Shown in pieces: positions 55,899 to 64,000 of a stretch of 64,000 bases of DNA (within the stretch, counting starts at the first letter, position 1; each line of letters opens with the position of its first letter). Location of the stretch: positions 32,001 through 96,000 of the forward strand of contig JAQBYT010000007.1 in assembly GCA_027622665.1 (NCBI GenBank). Reading direction: 5' to 3'. The stretch is from Verrucomicrobiota bacterium (lineage in GTDB: Bacteria > Verrucomicrobiota > Verrucomicrobiia > Opitutales > Seribacteraceae). The notes below the pieces were generated by a model that was given only the letters and a program-made list of their open reading frames with translations, was not told the origin of the DNA and ran no database searches. The translations under genes and the position numbers were made by a program.

Positions 55899-56846
55899 AT
55901 GACTGTTCACGAAAACATTTCTAATCCCCTGCGTTGCGGTGTCGTGGGCGTCGGGTATCTTGGCAGGCATCACGCTCGCATCTATAACGATCTCGAAGAT
56001 TGCGAGCTGGTTGGCATCCTCGACACTAACGACGAGGCCGCAGTCGAAGCTTGCGAGAAGTACGGTTGCAAGCGATTCGAGAGTCTAGAAGAGATGGGTG
56101 CTGCCTGCGAAGCCGTCAGCGTGGTAGCGCCGACCGACCTTCACGCCGAGGTGGCTCTGCCCTTGCTTGAGGCGGGTTGCCATCTTTTGGTCGAAAAACC
56201 TCTTTGCACTTCTACCGAGGAAGCCGAAGCCATCGTGAACAAGGCGGAGGAACATGATCGCATCGTACAAGTAGGGCACATCGAGCACTACAACCCCGTC
56301 ATGGCTTTTCTAGAGGAGGCGGTTTGCTCCCCACGATATTTGACCGTCGAAAGATTGGCGCCTTTTCAGTCTCGCGGGACCGAGGTCGGCGTGGTGCTAG
56401 ATCTTATGATCCACGATGTCGGGATCGCCATGGCTTTGGTCGATTCAACCATTGATCGCATCGAGGCCATCGGCGTCAAGGTGCTCTCTCCGACAGAGGA
56501 TATTGCGAATGCTCGTATCACCTTCGTCAATGGTTGCGTGGCCAACCTGAATGCCAGCCGGGTGAGTGAAAAGAAGGCTCGCGAGATTCGCGTGTTTCAG
56601 GAAAGCGGATATCTTTCCCTCGATTTCATGAACCAGAAGGGGCATCTTATCGAAAAGGCTGCGACCGGCCTTGAAAAAAAAGACGTGCCCGTGGAACAAG
56701 GAGAACCCCTCGCAATCGAACTCGCTGAATTCGTTCGCTGCGTTAACCTTGCCGACAAGCCGAAAACCGACGTCCACTTCGGCAAATCGGCCCTCGCGGT
56801 CGCTTTGGAAATCACAAAGCTCATCCGCGATGGTTGGGACAAGTGA
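55899..56846 (+). CDS. Gfo/Idh/MocA oxidoreductase, GnnA-like (putative UDP-GlcNAc 3-dehydrogenase)
   Basis: GVVGVGYLGRHHARIY, LLVEKP, QVGHIE, VVLDLMIHD, DIANARI, ASRVS; 10 nt upstream of lpxB. Confidence 0.8.
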   Translation: MTVHENISNPLRCGVVGVGYLGRHHARIYNDLEDCELVGILDTNDEAAVEACEKYGCKRFESLEEMGAACEAVSVVAPTDLHAEVALPLLEAGCHLLVEKPLCTSTEEAEAIVNKAEEHDRIVQVGHIEHYNPVMAFLEEAVCSPRYLTVERLAPFQSRGTEVGVVLDLMIHDVGIAMALVDSTIDRIEAIGVKVLSPTEDIANARITFVNGCVANLNASRVSEKKAREIRVFQESGYLSLDFMNQKGHLIEKAATGLEKKDVPVEQGEPLAIELAEFVRCVNLADKPKTDVHFGKSALAVALEITKLIRDGWDK

Positions 56847-56856
56847 GGAATGATCC

Positions 56857-58026
56857 ATGTTTTCGGTATCGCCTGATGCTTCCTACGACCTGCTGATTAT
56901 TGCGGGTGAAGCTTCCGGCGACGAGCATGCTGCCCGGCTCTTGGACGACCTTCGGGTGAACCGACCGGACCTGAAGGTAGCCGCCATCGGCGGCCCGAAA
57001 CTTCGAGATGCGGGGGCAAATCTTCTTTTCGACCTTACGCGCCACGCGGTCGTCGGCATATTCGAAGTTCTCAAGAACTACGGGTTCTTCAAGAAACTCA
57101 TGTCGGATTCCTTGATCTGGATCGGGAAAGTGAGGCCCAAAGCCGTGCTGTTCGTTGATTATCCGGGTTTCAATTTACGTCTTGCCTCTTCGTTGCTTGA
57201 CCAAGGAATTGCTAATAAGGGCGGGGGAGAGGTAAAGCTCTTGCAGTACGTCAGCCCTCAACTCTGGGCATGGAAGCCGAAACGCCGATTCAAGATGGCT
57301 CGTACCTTGGATGCCCTCGGCGTCATCTTTCCCTTCGAGGTCGAAACCTATGCCGACGTCGATCTCCCGGTCCGTTTCGTTGGTCATCCCTTTATTCGTG
57401 AGGATTACGAGCCGCACTTGCGTTACGATCCTGAGGCACCCGTTCTTCTCTTGCCGGGTAGTCGTCGTCAACCAGTCGCTCGTATCTTGCCCGTTTTACT
57501 GGAGTCTTTTGCACATGTGTCCGGTAAGCGTCTTGGTTTGCGTGCGAAGATAGTAAGTCCTGCCGGCGAAGTCGGCGAACTGGCCCGGGAAATCCTGAAC
57601 CGTTTTTCCGAGCTGAAGGGACAGGTGAAAATTTTTTCCAACGATAAGGTCGCGAGCGGTTGTGCCGTCCTTACCAGTTCGGGCACCATGTCCCTCGCTT
57701 GCGCCTTGGCGGGTATTCCCGGAGCCATCGTCTATCGCGCCCATCCCATGACCTATTTGCTGGGACGGTTTCTCGTCAAGGTTCCATACCTCGGCATGGC
57801 CAACCTGCTCTTGCCGAAGTCTCCTCCCTATCCCGAGTTCATTCAGGGAGCGGCCCGGCCGTATACTCTGGCGAAACGCCTGGAGTCCTGTCTCGACGAC
57901 AATGACGAAGCGGAAAAGGCTATGGAAGCTTCCGCTTCGCTACGAAAGGTACTCTCTCAGCCTTCCGATGTTTCGGCGGTGGACTGGCTTCTTCAGGCAG
58001 GCGGGTTCGAGGAAAAGAGCAGTTGA
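56857..58026 (+). CDS. lpxB: Lipid-A-disaccharide synthase LpxB
   Basis: IAGEASGD, VDYPGFNLR, YVSPQLWAW, FVGHP, LLPGSR, SSGT, PEFIQ. Confidence 0.95.
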   Translation: MFSVSPDASYDLLIIAGEASGDEHAARLLDDLRVNRPDLKVAAIGGPKLRDAGANLLFDLTRHAVVGIFEVLKNYGFFKKLMSDSLIWIGKVRPKAVLFVDYPGFNLRLASSLLDQGIANKGGGEVKLLQYVSPQLWAWKPKRRFKMARTLDALGVIFPFEVETYADVDLPVRFVGHPFIREDYEPHLRYDPEAPVLLLPGSRRQPVARILPVLLESFAHVSGKRLGLRAKIVSPAGEVGELAREILNRFSELKGQVKIFSNDKVASGCAVLTSSGTMSLACALAGIPGAIVYRAHPMTYLLGRFLVKVPYLGMANLLLPKSPPYPEFIQGAARPYTLAKRLESCLDDNDEAEKAMEASASLRKVLSQPSDVSAVDWLLQAGGFEEKSS

Positions 58027-59039
58027 TTCCAAATTAGCCCCGCCCTTTTCTCCAGAGCTTCACGGCACTTAGCCACTTCGGCCTGTCGACTTTTTAGGTT
58101 TTCGTTCGCTATGGCGGAGACGTCGTCCAGGTTGTAGAGGTACACGCTTTCCAGATCGCCCACGCTTTGCTCCACGTCTCGAGGCATCGAGACGTCGATC
58201 AGAAAGAGTGGACGCGCCGGGCGCTTGGCGATCGCTTTTCGAACGGCTTCCCGAGTAAGGATGGGGTCTTTCCCTGAGGTGGAACAGAGCACCACGTCGA
58301 ACAAGTGAAGAGATTCCCGAAAGGAATCGAACCCGAGCACTGAACCTTTCGACTTCTCGGCCAGTTCGCGGGCTTTTTCATAGGTGCGTCCCGTTACCGT
58401 TATGGCTCTCGCTCCCCGTGATCCGAATGCATCCAACGCCATCTCGGCCACTTCGCCCGAGCCGACTACCAGAAAACGACAGGCGGATACGTCGCCGAAT
58501 ATGCGGCGAGCCAATTCGCAGATGACGTTGCCGAGGTTTACTTGGCCACGAGAAATTCCCGTGTGGGTGCGGACCCACTTTGCGGCCTGAAAACTCTTTT
58601 GAAAGACTCGATTCAGGACTTTCCCCGTGCTTTCTCGGTTTAGGGCATCGTCGTAGGCTTCCTTCACCTGCCCGAGAATCTCGGTTTCGCCGACCATTTG
58701 GGAATCGATGCCCGAGGTTACTTCGAAGGCGTGCTTGACTACCGCTTCGCCCTGTCGCCGATAGGTGTGTTTTTCCAGGAATGCATTCTCCAGTTTGCGA
58801 AAGTTCATCAGGTATTCGCTCACCGGACCAAGCGGGGGCGAACCATTCCCGGAAACGTATATTTCCGTTCGGTTGCAGGTGTTCAGCACGAGGCTCTCCT
58901 TTAGGCCGGGCAGCGCCTGTAGACCCTTGTAGAAGTCGTCGATCGAATCGGCGGGCAGGCTTATTCGTTCCCGCTCCTCCAGCGAGGCTACGCGATGGGA
59001 GCTGCCGAGCAGGAATAGGTTTGGCGGTTCAGTTGGCAT
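57993..59039 (-). CDS. hemA: Glutamyl-tRNA reductase HemA (short form)
   Basis: Start ATG 59039; LNTCNRTE, GIDSQMVGETEILGQVK, VVGSGEVA, IDVSMPRDV, LYNLDD. Confidence 0.93.
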   Translation of the reverse strand: MPTEPPNLFLLGSSHRVASLEERERISLPADSIDDFYKGLQALPGLKESLVLNTCNRTEIYVSGNGSPPLGPVSEYLMNFRKLENAFLEKHTYRRQGEAVVKHAFEVTSGIDSQMVGETEILGQVKEAYDDALNRESTGKVLNRVFQKSFQAAKWVRTHTGISRGQVNLGNVICELARRIFGDVSACRFLVVGSGEVAEMALDAFGSRGARAITVTGRTYEKARELAEKSKGSVLGFDSFRESLHLFDVVLCSTSGKDPILTREAVRKAIAKRPARPLFLIDVSMPRDVEQSVGDLESVYLYNLDDVSAIANENLKSRQAEVAKCREALEKRAGLIWNQLLFSSNPPA

Positions 59040-59895
59040 CTTCGAACGATGGTTGAGGGGCAGTCTCCTGTCGTTGTGGAGCCGAGCGCACGAAACCGAG
59101 TGAAAGTATGGCCAACGCGAAAAGAGCGATACAGGCATTGGCAAACTTTTTACCGTATAACTTTTGACGAAAGTGAAGATACCAGAGTCCGCAGTAGGCG
59201 ATCCACAGCCCGATCGTCACCCACAGCTTGACCGAGCTAATGGAAGCGGGAGATCGCGTCCAGTGCATGGAACCGACCACGATGGAAGCCGTAAGGAAAA
59301 TGACCCCTACGAGCAGTAGGCGTTGGCCCGCCGTCTCCAGTTGATGAATGGAGGGTAGGTGGGCTCCGAGCGCCCCCGTCCGTTTGGCTTGCAGGGCCTT
59401 TTGTTGAACCAAGTACATGACGCTCACGACTGCCAGCAAGGCAAACAGGCCGTAGCTGAAGATAGCCACCGAGGCGTGCAGTTCGATCCACGGTCCCGAA
59501 AAGAGTCGTTTGTAGCTGGGTTCCAGCCAGTAGTTTGAGTCTAAGCCCGGACTGAGAAGGGAAAGAGCCCCGCCTATGCCGGCCAGACCCGCGGCAAAAG
59601 ATCCAAGTAGATTCAGACGAAACAGTATTCGCATGATCAGGTACCCCGTGACCACCGACCAGAGGATGAATTGGATGCGCTCCATTCCGTTGCCGAGCGG
59701 GCACCCGTGAACATCCAGTCCTCTGAAGTACAGACCGCGCGTGTGGCCCGCGAAGGCGAATAGAATAAGGACGAACGGAACCATCGAGGGCAATCTCCGT
59801 TCCTTAGAGGCCAACGATAGCCCAGCTATCAAGGCCGCTCCGTAGAGGGCGGAGGCCAACCAGAGAAGCGTTCTAGCGTCGTTCAAGTCCATCAA
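59029..59895 (-). CDS. Cytochrome c biogenesis CcsA/HemX-like membrane protein
   Basis: About 8 TM helices, WIELHASVA, LPSIHQLE, GSMHW; immediately upstream of hemA. Confidence 0.8.
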   Translation of the reverse strand: MMDLNDARTLLWLASALYGAALIAGLSLASKERRLPSMVPFVLILFAFAGHTRGLYFRGLDVHGCPLGNGMERIQFILWSVVTGYLIMRILFRLNLLGSFAAGLAGIGGALSLLSPGLDSNYWLEPSYKRLFSGPWIELHASVAIFSYGLFALLAVVSVMYLVQQKALQAKRTGALGAHLPSIHQLETAGQRLLLVGVIFLTASIVVGSMHWTRSPASISSVKLWVTIGLWIAYCGLWYLHFRQKLYGKKFANACIALFALAILSLGFVRSAPQRQETAPQPSFEDAN

Positions 59896-60179
59896 TTACG
59901 AAGAAATACCGGTAGTTTCGAGTGAGTGCGAGGAGCACGCTACCCAGCGAGGGTAGCGTTTCACGGCAGCAACCGAGGTGGAGTCGGGCGAGCCTGATTG
60001 TATCAGTGGAATTGCTTTCTTCGACATAGAGTATATAAGAGGATAATCATACCTCATGGCGGAATAAAGTCAAAGAGGGAAGGGGATGTGATCGAAAACC
60101 TTTTTGGGGATTCTGGCGAAAAGGCTTGCCCACTCTCGATTGGACTACAACCTCGGCAAACTTTACTTATTACCTGTTC

Positions 60180-61373
60180 ATGAACATACACGAATACCAA
60201 GCTAAACAACTTTTTGATGCAGCCGGCGTGGCTGTACCTGCGGGTGCCGTGGCCCAGAGCCCCGATGAGTTCGACACCGCCATCGCCTCTCTGCCCGAGG
60301 GTTCCGCCTTAGTGGTCAAGGCCCAGATTCATGCCGGTGGTCGCGGTAAGGGCACCTTCAAGGACGGTTTTCAAGGCGGCGTTCATGTCGTGGACTCTCG
60401 CGAGATCGCTAAGGAAAAGGCCGCCGCTATGCTCGGCAACGTTCTCGTCACCAAGCAGACGGGCGAAGTTGGTCGCGAGGTGCGCACCGTGTATTTTACC
60501 GAGGCGGTTGACATCGCCAAGGAGTTCTACCTTGCCATTCTCATGGATCGGGCCACCTCCAAACCGGTGATTATCGCCTCCTTGGAAGGTGGGGTCGACA
60601 TCGAGGAAGTGGCCGAGAATTCTCCCGAGAAGATTATCAAGGTCACCATCGAGCCGACCCTCGGTCTACGCTCCTACCAAGCTCGCGAAATCGCATTCGG
60701 GTTACAATTGACGGGCGACTCGTTCAAGCAATGCGTAAAGCTGCTCAACAAACTCTATGCCTTCTTCTGGACCAAGGATTGCTCGCAAGTGGAGGTCAAT
60801 CCCCTTATCATCACCACGGACGGGGACGTCGTCGCTCTCGACGCCAAGGTGAATTTTGATTCCAACGCCCTCTTTCGCCATCCCGACATAGTCGAACTCC
60901 GAGACGAATCGGAGGAAGACCCACGCGAGGTGGAGGCCTCCAAGTTCGACCTCAACTACATTGCCCTCGACGGGGACGTGGCATGCATGGTGAACGGGGC
61001 AGGCCTAGCTATGGCCACCATGGACATCATCAAGCACTACGGCGGATCACCCGCCAACTTCCTCGACGTCGGCGGCGGAGCTACCGAGGCGCAGGTCGAA
61101 AACGCCTTTCGCATTCTCGTTTCCGATCCCGCCGTCAAGGCCATTCTCGTGAACATCTTCGGAGGCATCATGAAGTGTGACGTCATCGCGACTGGTATCG
61201 TGAACGCAGCCAAGAACCTTGAGCTTACCCTGCCTCTCGTCGTTCGCCTCGAAGGCACCAACGTCGAGGCAGGCAAGCGTATACTGAGCGAAAGCGGCCT
61301 TGCCCTCGAGTCCGCCGAATCTCTGGCCGAAGCCGCCGATAAGGTGGTCAAGCTAGCCGCGGCCGCTTCTTAA
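60180..61373 (+). CDS. sucC: Succinyl-CoA ligase beta subunit
   Basis: MNIHEYQAK at ATG 60180, [41 protein letters not shown]. Confidence 0.97.
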   Translation: MNIHEYQAKQLFDAAGVAVPAGAVAQSPDEFDTAIASLPEGSALVVKAQIHAGGRGKGTFKDGFQGGVHVVDSREIAKEKAAAMLGNVLVTKQTGEVGREVRTVYFTEAVDIAKEFYLAILMDRATSKPVIIASLEGGVDIEEVAENSPEKIIKVTIEPTLGLRSYQAREIAFGLQLTGDSFKQCVKLLNKLYAFFWTKDCSQVEVNPLIITTDGDVVALDAKVNFDSNALFRHPDIVELRDESEEDPREVEASKFDLNYIALDGDVACMVNGAGLAMATMDIIKHYGGSPANFLDVGGGATEAQVENAFRILVSDPAVKAILVNIFGGIMKCDVIATGIVNAAKNLELTLPLVVRLEGTNVEAGKRILSESGLALESAESLAEAADKVVKLAAAAS

Positions 61374-61427
61374 GCCTTCAACCTTTATCCAACCACACTT
61401 TACGAACATCCCAACCGCCTTTCATTC

Positions 61428-62303
<876 letters not shown>

Positions 62304-62384
62304 TACGGGTTCTGTTCGATTACGCCTGACGGCTGTCGGGTGGAGAACTTTTCGTCTTGTCGCCTTGGTTGCCCTACGTGTCCG

Positions 62385-62614
62385 CTGGATTGCCGTGTCG
62401 GGGGCTTCCCCTCCTCGCAATGACAAGGTGTGAAGTGACGGGCGTTGTGGTTCATCACGGTTTAGGGATTCCTTAAACTCCACGCTGTCATTGCGAGCCC
62501 GTCAGGGCGTGGCAATCCAGTCGGGATCGTAGGTAGGCTGCTTGGGCGATGCGGTTGGTTGCCCAATGGTTCCGCTGGATTGCCGCGTCAGGAACTTTGC
62601 CCCTCCTCGCGATG
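62385..62614. repeat. Cluster of three palindromic REP/MITE-like half-elements between convergent sucD and rsmG
   Basis: CTGGATTGCCG...CTCGCAATGAC (62385-62424), its inverse TGTCATTGCGAG...GGCAATCCAG (62486-62520), and CTGGATTGCCG...CCTCGCGATG (62575-62614). Confidence 0.8.
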
Positions 62615-62633
62615 GGAGGGGTTGAAGAGTCGC

Positions 62634-63284
62634 CTAGATTTTGAAGTGGACGAGGTACTTTTCCTCCAAGCCGGCTTCGGGCAAGTGTTCCGCGAGATCC
62701 CATACCCGAGCGGGGCTGAGGCGAGAGGTTGCCAATTCCTCCGAGAAGTCGCCGCCTTTCCAGTAAAGGATTCCGTTGGCGGGCGCATGCTGGGAGCCTT
62801 TGCGTATCTTGTTGCGGATCCGGCGGTAGAAGACGGACAGGTCTCCGACGGCTCGCCCGAGGATGAAGTCGTAGGACCTTTTGGCGGGAAGCTCCTCGGC
62901 TCGCCCTCGAATAACCGTTACGTTCTTGAGCCCGAGGCGGGCGACCATGTCCTCGACGGCGACGATTTTCTTGGCGATGGAGTCGATGAGCGTGAAGTTG
63001 GCCGCCGGGTAGCAGATTGCTAGCGGTATGCCGGGCAGACCGCCTCCGGTGCCGACGTCGAGCAAACTTGCCTTGGGCATGAGGCGAAGGAACTTTGTGG
63101 CGATGAGACAATGGGCAAGGTGCTTGATCTCTATGCGTTCGGTGTCCTTGCGTGAGACGAGGTTTATCTTGGCATTCCACTCGCGGAGAAGCTCGGTGTA
63201 GGCGGCCAAGCCTTCCCATGCTTCCTTGGCAATCTCGGGAAACCACCGAGGGAGGGTTGTCCATGGATCTTCTTCCGGGTTCAC
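62634..63284 (-). CDS. rsmG: 16S rRNA m7G527 methyltransferase RsmG (GidB)
   Basis: WNAKINLVSR, LLDVGTGGGLPGIPLAI, LIDSIAKK, RAEE, GRAV, WKG. Confidence 0.93.
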   Translation of the reverse strand: MNPEEDPWTTLPRWFPEIAKEAWEGLAAYTELLREWNAKINLVSRKDTERIEIKHLAHCLIATKFLRLMPKASLLDVGTGGGLPGIPLAICYPAANFTLIDSIAKKIVAVEDMVARLGLKNVTVIRGRAEELPAKRSYDFILGRAVGDLSVFYRRIRNKIRKGSQHAPANGILYWKGGDFSEELATSRLSPARVWDLAEHLPEAGLEEKYLVHFKI

Positions 63285-63320
63285 TAGATCGGGTCAGGTT
63301 TTACTGAACGAAACTGTAAC

Positions 63321-64000
<680 letters not shown>

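Noticed and set aside
62488..63264. 258-aa minus-strand ORF overlapping rsmG
   Set aside because: Alternative frame of rsmG, Arg-rich and motif-free, running into the repeat cluster.

Overview
A 64-kb bacterial chromosomal window. The gene content suggests Verrucomicrobiota, most like marine Opitutales (inference from a DUF1549/DUF1553 plus DUF1501 pair, W-x3-DP-x2-A-x2-W repeat proteins, a short HemA and few Shine-Dalgarno motifs). Housekeeping genes: hflKC, typA, ydbH-ynbE-ydbL-like, lolC/E-lolD, gnnA-like-lpxB, ccsA-hemA, sucCD, rsmG and a partial kdsA. The centrepiece (22075-41152) is a tightly packed minus-strand operon, VTC polyphosphate-polymerase domain / DUF4956 membrane protein / HlyD-like adaptor / TolC-like channel, with no ABC or RND transporter. 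It is divergent from a 4992-aa secreted protein that fuses two complete GH13 alpha-amylase domains, LamG, a CotH kinase, lamin-tail domains, nine Ig-like repeats and an aromatic C-terminal module. This is a candidate system for polyP export and extracellular phosphorylation linked to alpha-glucan breakdown. Two other cross-gene signals stand out. Exported proteins are strongly enriched in D/E-x-N-x-S/T bacterial N-glycosylation sequons, and an aromatic C-terminal module is shared by the giant protein and a secreted cyclophilin. Several accessory genes carry lesions. I saw no rRNA, tRNA, CRISPR array or transposase. All calls come from manual motif recognition; no database searches were run.
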